Assembly (NCBI GenBank): GCA_964538455.1
Contig: CAZIDZ010000003.1
Location: 46,843-110,842, forward strand
Origin: an uncultured bacterium
GTDB taxonomy: Bacteria > Electryoneota > Electryoneia > Electryoneales > Electryoneaceae
DNA: 64,000 nucleotides
Reading direction: 5' to 3'
Under the pieces are notes generated by a model. That model was not told the DNA's origin, did not search any database, and saw nothing but the letters and a program-made list of their open reading frames with translations. The position numbers were made by a program, and so were the translations under genes. This document shows, one piece after another, positions 54,849 through 63,878 of this stretch (positions are counted from its first letter, which is position 1; the number at the start of each line of letters is the position of its first letter).

Positions 54849-57089
54849 ATGGCCACTGCGGAGGTCAAGACGACCGGCGAGGAACGCTTCGCCACCGATG
54901 ACCAGCTGCCGGACGGGATTCTCACCCGCTGGCAGGAGGTGGTCGCAACGCTGCACCTGCCGAAGAACGATCCCTTTCACGAGCACTTGGATCGCGCCCT
55001 CCGCTTCGCCGCACGAGCGCATGAAGGGCAGACCCGCCTCACCGGCGAACCCTACATCACGCACCCGGTGGAAGTTGCGGCGATCCTCGCCGAACTCCAC
55101 GTCGATCACGTCACCCTGATCGGTGCACTGCTGCACGACGTCATCGAGGACACCGGCGTCGAGGTGGACGATGTCGCAAAGACCTTCGGCCCCGTCGTCG
55201 GACTGCTCGTCGAGGGGATGACGAAACTCTCCTCGCTCCGCTACGAGAGCAAGACAAACGAAGACCGCCAGGCGGAATACTTCCGCAAGATGCTGCTCTC
55301 GATGGCGCAGGACATGCGCGTGATCCTGATCAAGCTCGCCGATCGGCTGCACAACATGCGCACCCTCGACGCGATGCCGCCGAAAAGCCGCAAACGGATT
55401 GCCGAGGAGACGCTCGAGGTCTACGCGCCGCTCGCTCACCGCTTTGGCGTTGGCCGCATCAAGTGGGAGCTCGAAGACCTGGCGCTGAAGGTCGTCGATG
55501 AATCCGCCTACCGCAAAATCGCTGAGCGCGTCAACATGCGCCGCGACGAGCGGGAGCGGGCGCTCAAGAAGTTTATCAGCCCCCTCCAGAAACGGCTCGA
55601 AGAGGAGAAAATCGAGGCGAACATCGCCGGCCGCGCGAAGCATTTCTTCAGCATCTACAACAAGATCAAACGGCGCGGAAAGAGCTTCGAGGAGATTCTC
55701 GACCTGCTTGCCGTGCGCATCATCGTCACCTCCATCAGCGACTGCTACCGCACCCTGGGCGTCGTGCACAGTGTCTACAAACCGATCCTCGAGCGGTTCA
55801 GCGATTACATCGCGATGCCCAAGGCGAACATGTACCAGTCGCTGCACACCAAGGTGATCGACAGCGAGGGACGCGTCGTCGAGGTGCAGATACGCACCCG
55901 CGATATGGACCTCGTTGCCGAAGTGGGCATCGCCGCGCACTGGCAGTACAAGGAGGGGGGAGACGGCACCGCCAACAAGGAAGCCCTCTCGGATTACTAC
56001 CTCTGGCTGCGTCAATTGATCGAGGGCTCTAAGGAGGAGTCGTCCAGCGAAGAGTTCATGCGCACGCTAAAGGTGAACCTGTTCACCGACGAGGTGTTCG
56101 TCTTCACTCCGCGCGGACGTTTGATCCAGCTTCCCATCGGAAGCACGCCGATCGATTTCGCCTTTGCCGTGCACACCGACGTCGGCCTCACCACGCTCGG
56201 CGCCAAGGTCAACGGGAAGATGGCGCCCCTCGAGTACCGTCTCAAGAACGGCGATACGGTCGAGATCCTGACGAGCAATGCGGCGAAACCGCGCGTCGAC
56301 TGGCTACGCATCGTGAACACTCACCGGGCACGTAGCAAGATCAAGCGGTATTTCCGCCAGGCGCACTTCGACGAATCCGTCCGGCTCGGCGAGGAGATGC
56401 TGAAACGCGAGCTGACACGCCTCCGGAAGAAGATGACTTCGCAGGAATTAAGCGAGCTCGCGGACCGTCTCGGACACGAATCTCTTGAGAGCCTCTTTGC
56501 GGCGGTCGGGGCCGGAGACCTCTCGACTCGCGCTGTGCTCTCTAAAATCGAGGGACTCGAGAAAAGGGAGCAGGAGCCCGAACAGAAAAAGACACGGTTC
56601 TTCGCCGGGGCGCGCAAAGAGATGGTCGGAGTCCGCGTCAAAGGCGCCGACAATCTGATGATCAGTTTTGGCAATTGCTGCAATCCGCTCCCGGGAGACC
56701 GCATTATCGGGTACATCAGCAAGGGGAGAGGCATCCTCGTTCACCGGACGGATTGTCCCAATATTGCGGACCTTACGAAGGACAAAGAACGCCTCGTCGA
56801 GGTGGAATGGGATGTCAGCCCGCAGGATCGGTTCAACGCGCGGCTGCGCATCGTAACCGAAGATCGGCCAAACTTACTCCGTGATATTGCTGAAGTTATC
56901 AGCAAATTGGACGTCACTGTTCTGGAACTTAACCTGCGCACGGAAGGCTCGATCGGGGTTGGTACGGTGGTGATCAACGTGCGCTCGCTCTCCCATCTGA
57001 CGCGTCTCCGCAACAAGATCGCCAAGCTTAAAGGAGTTGTGCAGGTGGAACGCGTGGGAGTTGCCGACGTCGCAGAGCGAGTGTTATAA
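54849..57089 (+). CDS. bifunctional (p)ppGpp synthetase/hydrolase RelA/SpoT (Rel)
   Basis: HD 'LLHDVIEDT', synthetase 'DLLAVRIIV' and 'YQSLHT', TGS 'VFTPRGRLIQLPIGSTPIDFA', and a C-terminal ACT-like domain. Confidence 0.95.
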   Translation: MATAEVKTTGEERFATDDQLPDGILTRWQEVVATLHLPKNDPFHEHLDRALRFAARAHEGQTRLTGEPYITHPVEVAAILAELHVDHVTLIGALLHDVIEDTGVEVDDVAKTFGPVVGLLVEGMTKLSSLRYESKTNEDRQAEYFRKMLLSMAQDMRVILIKLADRLHNMRTLDAMPPKSRKRIAEETLEVYAPLAHRFGVGRIKWELEDLALKVVDESAYRKIAERVNMRRDERERALKKFISPLQKRLEEEKIEANIAGRAKHFFSIYNKIKRRGKSFEEILDLLAVRIIVTSISDCYRTLGVVHSVYKPILERFSDYIAMPKANMYQSLHTKVIDSEGRVVEVQIRTRDMDLVAEVGIAAHWQYKEGGDGTANKEALSDYYLWLRQLIEGSKEESSSEEFMRTLKVNLFTDEVFVFTPRGRLIQLPIGSTPIDFAFAVHTDVGLTTLGAKVNGKMAPLEYRLKNGDTVEILTSNAAKPRVDWLRIVNTHRARSKIKRYFRQAHFDESVRLGEEMLKRELTRLRKKMTSQELSELADRLGHESLESLFAAVGAGDLSTRAVLSKIEGLEKREQEPEQKKTRFFAGARKEMVGVRVKGADNLMISFGNCCNPLPGDRIIGYISKGRGILVHRTDCPNIADLTKDKERLVEVEWDVSPQDRFNARLRIVTEDRPNLLRDIAEVISKLDVTVLELNLRTEGSIGVGTVVINVRSLSHLTRLRNKIAKLKGVVQVERVGVADVAERVL

Positions 57090-57167
57090 TTAAAACGTTG
57101 ACGATCTAAGATTTAGGTCGTCCGAAAGCGCACCGGACATCGCCCGACCGACCTGGGAGGAAACCCG

Positions 57168-57563
57168 ATGAAGACCTACATCAAAAAAGATGTGGTTGAG
57201 CGCGTTATCGAGAAGACCGGCGAAAAGCCGGAAATTGTCGCCCGCGTGACTAACGAAATCTTCAACAGTCTGCGTGAGATCATGACGGGCGACGACATCG
57301 AGCTTCGTATTGAAATCCGTGATTTTGGTGTCTTTGAAGTGAAGAAGACGAAGCCGAAACCGAAGGCGCGTAATCCGAAGACGAACGACATCATCTACGT
57401 GCCGGCACGCCGCAAGACGCACTTCAAACCGGGCAAGCTTCTGAAGCAGGCGCTGAAGGTTCCGATCTCCGAACTCGAACGGGCCGAGCAGCCGCAGGAG
57501 TCGATGCAGCAGTCCGAACCCGAACCGCCGCCCGCGCCGCCGCCGATGCAGGAAGGGTACTGA
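57168..57563 (+). CDS. HU/IHF family DNA-binding protein with Pro/Glu-rich C-terminal tail
   Basis: 'IRDFGVFEVKK...ARNPKTNDIIYVPARRKTHFKPGKLLK', then 'EPEPPPAPPPMQEGY'. Confidence 0.85.
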   Translation: MKTYIKKDVVERVIEKTGEKPEIVARVTNEIFNSLREIMTGDDIELRIEIRDFGVFEVKKTKPKPKARNPKTNDIIYVPARRKTHFKPGKLLKQALKVPISELERAEQPQESMQQSEPEPPPAPPPMQEGY

Positions 57564-57588
57564 CGACCTTCAGGAGTGACTACGCTCG

Positions 57589-58011
57589 ATGACGCGCATC
57601 CTTGCCCTCGACTGGGGAACGGTTCGAGTCGGCGCGGCACTCTCCGATCCACTCGGAAAGATCGCCTCTCCCTACGAAACGTTTCCGGCCAAACCCCAGG
57701 TTGAGTTGGTCCGGCGCATTCGGGAAACGGTCGAGAAGGAGCACGTTGAGCGCATCATCGTCGGGTTGCCTCTGAACATGGATGGCAGCGAAGGATCGAG
57801 TGCGGCGAGCGCGAGGGCGTTCGCAGAAGATGTTCGGCGAGATCTCGCGATCCCTGTTGAAATGGTTGATGAGCGGCTTTCGAGTTTTGAAGCGGAATAC
57901 AGACTGCGAGCAATTGGGCGAAAGCCCAGCCGGGACAAGGGGAGGGTGGACCGGGCTGCGGCGGCCATATTGTTGCAGGAGTATCTGGATCAACACGCCA
58001 GCGGATCCTGA
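57589..58011 (+). CDS. ruvX: Holliday junction resolvase-like RuvX (YqgF)
   Basis: 'ILALDWGTVRVGAALSD', 'IVGLPLNMDGSEG', 'DERLSS'. Confidence 0.9.
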   Translation: MTRILALDWGTVRVGAALSDPLGKIASPYETFPAKPQVELVRRIRETVEKEHVERIIVGLPLNMDGSEGSSAASARAFAEDVRRDLAIPVEMVDERLSSFEAEYRLRAIGRKPSRDKGRVDRAAAAILLQEYLDQHASGS

Positions 58012-58048
58012 GATTCGGATGGCGTTTTTCGTGCCCCGGGGTTGAACG

Positions 58049-59095
58049 ATGAGTGCTACACCGCAGGGAAAGATCGAACCACTTCCTTCCAACCGTCCGG
58101 TGCGGGTGGCAGTGATCGGCATGGGGCACGCCGCCCAGCTGATTCATCTACCGATCCTCACGGAAATGGAGTCCGTGGAGCTCGTCGCACTCGCGGATCT
58201 CGAGGGGTACAAGCTCGCCAAGGTCGCCGACCGCTACAAGGTCCCCGGTTACGTTGACAGCGAGGTCCTGCTCCAGAAGCAGCAGCCAGACGTCGTCTAC
58301 GTCTGCGCTCCCACGATCAACCATTTGCCGCTGGCGTTGACGGCGCTGCAGGCCGGCTCACACGTCATCGTGGAAAAACCGGTCGCGAGAACGCTCGAGG
58401 AATCGCGCCGCCTGCAGGAAGCCGCCCACTCGGCGGGGAAGCACGTTTTCGTCGCCATGAACCAGCGCTTCCGCCAGGATGTGGAAGTCCTGCGGAATTT
58501 CCTGCTCTCGGGAGAGCTCGGCGACATCTGGAGGGTGCGCACCGGCTGGCTCAAGCGGTTCGGCGCCTGGGACCGCAGCCCCTGGCTGGACAAGAAAAGC
58601 ATCAGCGGTGGGGGAGTGCTGCTCGACCTGGGGATCCAGCTGCTCGACGTGGTGCTCTACCTGCTCGATTACCCGGTGTTGACTCGGACCGTGGCGTACA
58701 TGCATCACCAGAACCTGAACAAAGAGGTGGAAGACACACTGACAACCTCGCTCACGTTCGAGAACGGCACCCTTGTCCACCTCGACTGTTCCTGGGGCAT
58801 CATGGCGGAGCGAAACACCGCCTACACCTGGTTCGAGGGGACAAAAGCGTCCGCCACGCTGAATCCGCTGGTGCTGCACAAGGTGCTGCAGGACGAACTC
58901 GTCACCGTCCGGCCCGTCAAGTCGGCCGACCCCCTCGACCTCTACCAGGCTTCGTTCGAATCCCAGACTCACCATTTCATGGCTGCCCTGCGCGGCGAGC
59001 GGCCGCCGGTTTCCACGGTCGACGAAGCGGTGAAGGTGATGGAGGTCGTGGACCGGATTTATGCAAGCGCTTCCGCCGGGAAAGAGATTTCCTGA
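58049..59095 (+). CDS. Gfo/Idh/MocA family oxidoreductase
   Basis: 'VRVAVIGMGHAAQ', 'VIVEKPVA'. Confidence 0.9.
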   Translation: MSATPQGKIEPLPSNRPVRVAVIGMGHAAQLIHLPILTEMESVELVALADLEGYKLAKVADRYKVPGYVDSEVLLQKQQPDVVYVCAPTINHLPLALTALQAGSHVIVEKPVARTLEESRRLQEAAHSAGKHVFVAMNQRFRQDVEVLRNFLLSGELGDIWRVRTGWLKRFGAWDRSPWLDKKSISGGGVLLDLGIQLLDVVLYLLDYPVLTRTVAYMHHQNLNKEVEDTLTTSLTFENGTLVHLDCSWGIMAERNTAYTWFEGTKASATLNPLVLHKVLQDELVTVRPVKSADPLDLYQASFESQTHHFMAALRGERPPVSTVDEAVKVMEVVDRIYASASAGKEIS

Positions 59096-59096
59096 G

Positions 59097-60629
59097 ATGG
59101 CTTCTCGCCGATCCCGCCTCCTCTGGGTGCTGTTCTCGGGCGTGTTGCTCGCGCTCTCGATGCCGCCCATACCCCTCGGTTTTCTCGCCTGGTTCGCGCT
59201 GATTCCGCTCCTGCTTGCATTGGAGAAAAGTGAGAGTTGGGGGGAGGGGTACCTGCTTGGATTTCTCTTCGGCGCTGTCTACCTGCTCGGCACGATTCAC
59301 TGGATCGCCTGGAACACCGGCACGAACATCTTCTTTCGCCTCGCGTCGATGCTCGGCGCGGTGCTCCTGATGTCGAGCACGCTGGGGCTGTTTATCCTGC
59401 TGCACCGCCGCCTCGTTTTTTCCTGGGGGCGGATCGCACACTTCCTCTTTCCGATTGTCTGGGTGGGTTGGGAAGCGCTCTGGCACCATACCGAATTCGC
59501 CTTTCCCTGGCCGCTGCTGGCACTCTCGCAAGCGCGCTACCTCTCCGTGATTCAGCTCGCCGCGGTGGGCGGAACGGCCACGGTCGGTCTTTGGGTCGCG
59601 GCGGTCAACGGCGTGATTGCCGCGGGGCGGTCGCGGAGGTTGACCGGAGTGGTGGTTATTCTGATGGTTGTTTCGGTCTTGATCGGCGGCTATTTCCGGC
59701 TCTTCCACCTCGACATGATCCTCGCCCGGAATCAACTGGGCAGGATTGCGCTCGTGCAGGGAAATGTCGAAGCTGCGCTGAAGTGGGATCTCGGCCCGGA
59801 GTACAGCCTCGACGCGTATCTTAACCAGACGCGCGATGTCGCCCGCCAGGATGTGGATCTGATTGTTTGGCCGGAAACCGCGATGCCGGTGTTCGTCCAG
59901 CAGTCCACCCGGTGGAGGCGCTTTTTCCAGGCGTTCGTCGACAGCCTCGGCATCCCCCTGATCACCGGAGGGCGTTACACCGATTTCAGCGACGGCGGGC
60001 GCATACCCTACAATCCCGCTTTCTTGATCCGGCCCGGCGGCATGGGCGTGATGGAACGGTACGAAAAGGTGTACCTGGTGCCGTTCGGGGAACGGGTGCC
60101 GCTGCAGAAGCTGATCCCTGCGCTTGGACGGCTGAACCTCGGACAGGCGGAGTTCGCCCCCGGCAAAGACGCCGTGGTCTGGTCGATTACCGGACGCAGC
60201 GGAACGTTTCGGGTTGCGCCCAACATCTGCTTCGAGTCCATCTTTCCGCGGCACCTGCAACGCTCGGTGCAGCTCGGCGCCGAGGTGCAGCTGAACCTGA
60301 CCAACGACGGCTGGTACATCGGCACCGCGGGAACACGCCAGCACCTGATGTTGAGCCGGATCAGCGCGGTTGAAACCGGCCGCGCCGTCGTGCGTGCTAC
60401 CAACACCGGGATTTCCGCGCTGATCTCCCCTTCCGGCAGGTTTCTCAAGCTGTTGCCCGAGGGGGTGCGGGGGACGATCGCGGACGATATCCCCGTTCCC
60501 GTGAACACTCCCTTCAACATCTGGGGGTGGAGGATTGGTGATTGGGTCTTGATCCTGTCGCTGATTTGTGGAGCGTTCGCTGTTGCCTGGAGCTGGAAGC
60601 GGCGGGATCGGAACGGGGCGGAGAAATGA
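59097..60629 (+). CDS. lnt: apolipoprotein N-acyltransferase
   Basis: Polytopic N-terminus plus CN-hydrolase domain: 'LIVWPETA', 'YEKVYLVPFGE', 'NICFES'. Confidence 0.9.
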   Translation: MASRRSRLLWVLFSGVLLALSMPPIPLGFLAWFALIPLLLALEKSESWGEGYLLGFLFGAVYLLGTIHWIAWNTGTNIFFRLASMLGAVLLMSSTLGLFILLHRRLVFSWGRIAHFLFPIVWVGWEALWHHTEFAFPWPLLALSQARYLSVIQLAAVGGTATVGLWVAAVNGVIAAGRSRRLTGVVVILMVVSVLIGGYFRLFHLDMILARNQLGRIALVQGNVEAALKWDLGPEYSLDAYLNQTRDVARQDVDLIVWPETAMPVFVQQSTRWRRFFQAFVDSLGIPLITGGRYTDFSDGGRIPYNPAFLIRPGGMGVMERYEKVYLVPFGERVPLQKLIPALGRLNLGQAEFAPGKDAVVWSITGRSGTFRVAPNICFESIFPRHLQRSVQLGAEVQLNLTNDGWYIGTAGTRQHLMLSRISAVETGRAVVRATNTGISALISPSGRFLKLLPEGVRGTIADDIPVPVNTPFNIWGWRIGDWVLILSLICGAFAVAWSWKRRDRNGAEK

Positions 60630-60907
60630 AACCGATTGGGCTCGCTGCGTTTCTGCTGGCGTTGCTGGTTTCCACGGGAACCCTGGCGCAGTCTGTCCGC
60701 CAGCAGCCGGATTCGCTCGCGGCGACCGCACAGGATACTGCGGGGATCGCGGTGGATTCGACCCTGTCTCAGCCCGTCGCCGGCGGTGGAGACCGCGTGG
60801 TAACTGCCCCACAGACGGGGCGGATCGAACGCTATCTTGTCCCGGCCCTGATTACGGTGGTGGCGGGTGTCGTCACCTGGCTTCTGTTTACAGTTCGGAG
60901 TTCCTGA
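60626..60907 (+). CDS. small secreted/tail-anchored hypothetical protein (93 aa)
   Basis: Signal peptide 'LAAFLLALLVSTGTLAQ' and a C-terminal TM 'LVPALITVVAGVVTWLLF'. ATGA overlap with the lnt stop and TGATG overlap with the bamD start. Confidence 0.5.
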   Translation: MKPIGLAAFLLALLVSTGTLAQSVRQQPDSLAATAQDTAGIAVDSTLSQPVAGGGDRVVTAPQTGRIERYLVPALITVVAGVVTWLLFTVRSS

Positions 60908-61710
60908 TGCAGCGCGGATTTCGTTACCTGGCCGGCGTTCTGGTTCTGATCACCACTGCAACCCTGTTTTTCTCGGGATGCGGCGGCGCGCGGCGCTATG
61001 AAGAATTGCCGATGGACGCATCCTGGGCCAGGATCAGAAATTATTACGATCGCGAAAAGTACCTCAACGCCATCGACCGGCTCGAAGTCTTTCTCATCAA
61101 CTATTCCGGCTCGGCGCTGGCTGACTCCGCACAATTCCTGCTCGCCGAGTGCCATTTCAACATCAAGGAATACATCATCTCCTCCAGCGAATACGAGAAG
61201 CTGACCCAGCAGTATCCGCAGAGTAACCTGGCGGCGGAAGCCGAGTACAAGCGGGGAGTAAGCTACTTTCGGCTCGCGCCCAAGTACGCCCTCGACCAGA
61301 CGTATACGAATAAGGCGATCGAAACGCTCCAGTTGTTCATCGAAGACTACCCGGATTCTCCGTTGGTCTCCAGCGCTGAGCAGTTGATCGCCCGGGCGCG
61401 CAACAAATTGGCGCGGAAGCAGTACGCGAGTGGCCGCCTGTACCACCGCATGGGCGAATACGCCTCCGCGCGGATCTACTACGACCTCGTGCTCGAAAAT
61501 TATTACGATACCAAGTACGCCCCCGACGCCCAGTTCTACAAGGCGGTGACCTTCGAAAAAAGCAAGGACTGGCAGAACGCGATACGCGAATACCAGCTAT
61601 TCCTGCAGAAATACCCGGGCAACGATATGGAAACGCGGGCGCTGGAAGGGTTGAATCGCGCCCGCAACCGCAAGATGGAAGAGGAAGAACTCGCACGGGA
61701 GAGTGGGTGA
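60907..61710 (+). CDS. bamD: outer membrane protein assembly factor BamD
   Basis: Lipobox 'LFFSGC' and TPR-like repeats ('AECHFNIKEY', 'YKRGVSYFRL', 'AIETLQLFIEDYPDS'). Confidence 0.85.
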   Translation: MQRGFRYLAGVLVLITTATLFFSGCGGARRYEELPMDASWARIRNYYDREKYLNAIDRLEVFLINYSGSALADSAQFLLAECHFNIKEYIISSSEYEKLTQQYPQSNLAAEAEYKRGVSYFRLAPKYALDQTYTNKAIETLQLFIEDYPDSPLVSSAEQLIARARNKLARKQYASGRLYHRMGEYASARIYYDLVLENYYDTKYAPDAQFYKAVTFEKSKDWQNAIREYQLFLQKYPGNDMETRALEGLNRARNRKMEEEELARESG

Positions 61711-62327
61711 ATCCCGGCACAGGGAACAAGGCGGGCTCCTCACCGCGGACGGTGGGGCTGTTGGGGGGCACCTTCGACCCTCCCACCGTTGCCCATCTGG
61801 TCGTCGCAGACTGGGTCCGCCAGGAACTCGGTCTTGAGCAGGTCTGGTTCATCCCTGCCCACCTCAATCCACTGAAAATGGACCGTGAGATCACCTCCGA
61901 TGAGCTGCGCCTTGAGATGGTCCGGGCCGCAATCGCCGGGTTCGACGCCTTTCGGGTGAAAACCCTTGAGCTGGAGCGGGGTGGTGCGAGTTTCACTATC
62001 GACACCCTGCGGACGCTGCAGCAGGACCATCCCGCCACAGCGTTCCACCTCGTTCTCGGGTCGGATGCCTTCCTGCAAATGCAGGCTTGGAAAGAAGTTG
62101 GCGAGATCTTCAAGCGCGCTGAGGTGGTTGTTGTCACCCGCCCGAAAGTCGATCTTTCCGCCGTCGCCGAAGACCTGCTCGATCGAGTGAAGTTCTTGGA
62201 TATACCGGAGATAGCGATCTCTTCGACGCTTGTTCGGGAACGTGTCCGCGAGGGGTGGGATGTGCGCGCGCTCGTTCCTGGAGGAGTCGCGGAAATCATC
62301 GCCCGCCACGGCCTCTACCGTCCCTGA
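61707..62327 (+). CDS. nadD: nicotinate-nucleotide adenylyltransferase
   Basis: 'GGTFDPPTVAHL', 'ISSTLVRE'. Start is uncertain: GTG 61707 overlaps the bamD stop, and the internal GTG 61752 is also plausible. Confidence 0.9.
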   Translation: MNPGTGNKAGSSPRTVGLLGGTFDPPTVAHLVVADWVRQELGLEQVWFIPAHLNPLKMDREITSDELRLEMVRAAIAGFDAFRVKTLELERGGASFTIDTLRTLQQDHPATAFHLVLGSDAFLQMQAWKEVGEIFKRAEVVVVTRPKVDLSAVAEDLLDRVKFLDIPEIAISSTLVRERVREGWDVRALVPGGVAEIIARHGLYRP

Positions 62328-62457
62328 TCCATCCTCTGTCCGCTCCGGGCAATTCCCTCCGCTCGGGCAGGGCAGTCTCTGCCGACAGCACCGTTCCCCG
62401 CACTGGAATAGCGCGTCTAACTGCCCTATTCACAAATTGATACCCCGTTCCACGCCT

Positions 62458-62472
62458 TGGCACGCTGGTTGC
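62458..62472 (+). promoter_or_regulatory. sigma54 (-24/-12) promoter upstream of flgB
   Basis: TGGCAC-GCTGG-TTGC matches the TGGCAC-N5-TTGC consensus exactly, including spacing. It ends 36 nt before the flgB ATG, which has a GAAGGAGA Shine-Dalgarno. Confidence 0.65.
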
Positions 62473-62507
62473 TTTTCATCCCGCGAATGCTCTCGAAGGA
62501 GACCGCC

Positions 62508-62918
62508 ATGCTACGGCAGATTCTCTACTCCAATACGAATATGCCGCTCTACAAAAACGCGCTGGACGCCTATACAGAACGCCAGCGCGCCGTGGCGTCG
62601 AACATCGCGAACGCCTCGACGCCGAAATATGAAGCGAGGCGGGTGAGCTTCGAGAAGCGGCTCAGCGAGGCCCTGGGAAGGCCGAACGAGCCGATGCAGG
62701 CTACGGACAAACACCACATGCCCCTGAAAACGGACCCGGCGAAGGTTCGGCCCCTCGTCGTCAAGGATGACCCTGCGTCACCGGCGACCGGGATCAACGG
62801 AGTCGATGTGGAACGTGAGATGGGCCGGCTGGCCACGACTCAGCTGCAATACGACATGACAGCAAAAAGCGCCAGGTGGATCTTTGAACAGATCCGCACC
62901 CTGGCCAAGCTGCCGTAA
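62508..62918 (+). CDS. flgB: flagellar basal-body rod protein FlgB
   Basis: 'ASNIANASTPKYEARRVSF', 'QLQYDM'. Confidence 0.9.
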   Translation: MLRQILYSNTNMPLYKNALDAYTERQRAVASNIANASTPKYEARRVSFEKRLSEALGRPNEPMQATDKHHMPLKTDPAKVRPLVVKDDPASPATGINGVDVEREMGRLATTQLQYDMTAKSARWIFEQIRTLAKLP

Positions 62919-62928
62919 GGAGGCCGCG

Positions 62929-63429
62929 ATGAAGATCCGCGGAATCTTCACATCCATCGACATCAGCGCCACGGGTCTTTCCGCGCAGCGCCAGCGGATG
63001 GATGCGATAGCTGAAAACATCGCAAACGTCAATACCACTCGCACCCCCGGAGGCGGACCCTACAAACGCCGTATTTCCGTTTTCACCGAACAACCTGCCG
63101 AAGCGACGACTCTTCACCTGCAGAAAGATCCACCGACGCGAATGACAATGGAGAGCACGTCGCGCGGACACCTCAAGCCCTTCGAGAGGTACATGAAAGA
63201 AAGCCAGTTTTCCGGCGTCAGACGCAAAGAAATACGGGACAACACGACGCCGGAATACTATTACGATCCCCAGCACCCGGACGCCAACGAGTTCGGGTAC
63301 GTGGCGAAACCGAAAATCAACATCATCACCGAAATGGTGGATATGATCGCGGCGACACGCAATTATGAGGCGAACGTTTCAGCCATCGAGTCGGCAAAGC
63401 AGATGGCGAAAAAGGCGATGGAGATTTAA
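62929..63429 (+). CDS. flgC: flagellar basal-body rod protein FlgC
   Basis: 'SATGLSAQRQRMDAIAENIANVNTTRT', 'MVDMIAATRNYEANV'. Confidence 0.95.
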   Translation: MKIRGIFTSIDISATGLSAQRQRMDAIAENIANVNTTRTPGGGPYKRRISVFTEQPAEATTLHLQKDPPTRMTMESTSRGHLKPFERYMKESQFSGVRRKEIRDNTTPEYYYDPQHPDANEFGYVAKPKINIITEMVDMIAATRNYEANVSAIESAKQMAKKAMEI

Positions 63430-63448
63430 ACTTTGATCGAGGCGATGC

Positions 63449-63838
63449 GTGCAAATTGATCCAAAACTGGAGCGCCTGACCGCATTAATCGCACAGAAAC
63501 GGGCTCAACAGCACCTCGGGCCTCAACCCGGGACTGTTGGGCGTCCGGGCAATCCACGTTTCGCCGACGCCGCAAACAGGGTTCAATTGGCCCGTGAGGG
63601 CCGTTGGACTCCAGGTCAGAGTCAAGATATACAACGAGATAAAAGAACTGATTTGGCGCGTCTCGCGTCTCTTCGCACTGCCACCCATGTACGGGCCATC
63701 TCCTCGTCTCAGGGGCCTCAACCGAGCGACCAGTTGACGCCGGTCCATGGATCGGGGCACCTTTATGCGGAAGAGACTCCCCGGCCACTTTCAGCCAGCG
63801 CGCCGCACCTCGGACGCAACTTCGATACCTACGCCTGA
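63449..63838 (+). CDS. hypothetical ORF between flgC and fliE (doubtful)
   Basis: GTG start with GAGG 6 nt upstream. However, GC3 is visibly lower than in neighbouring genes (many CAA, ATA and AGA codons), and the 129-aa product is Gln/Arg/Pro-rich with no family signal. Confidence 0.3.
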   Translation: MQIDPKLERLTALIAQKRAQQHLGPQPGTVGRPGNPRFADAANRVQLAREGRWTPGQSQDIQRDKRTDLARLASLRTATHVRAISSSQGPQPSDQLTPVHGSGHLYAEETPRPLSASAPHLGRNFDTYA

Positions 63839-63878
63839 CGAATGGGACCGGAAAGACCGGTCCCCGCAAGGAGGAGTG

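Noticed and set aside
58977-60812. 611-aa ORF on the minus strand
   Set aside because: It is antisense to lnt and the small ORF. Its product is extremely Pro/Arg/Gly-rich. The lnt frame has CN-hydrolase motifs and membrane helices.
63765-63878. In-frame upstream ATG that would lengthen FliE by 38 aa
   Set aside because: The strong AAGGAGG Shine-Dalgarno sits directly before ATG 63879. That start places the conserved 'SFGDTL' block at the usual ~30-aa distance from the N-terminus. The extension would run through the GGACCGG/CCGGTCC hairpin.
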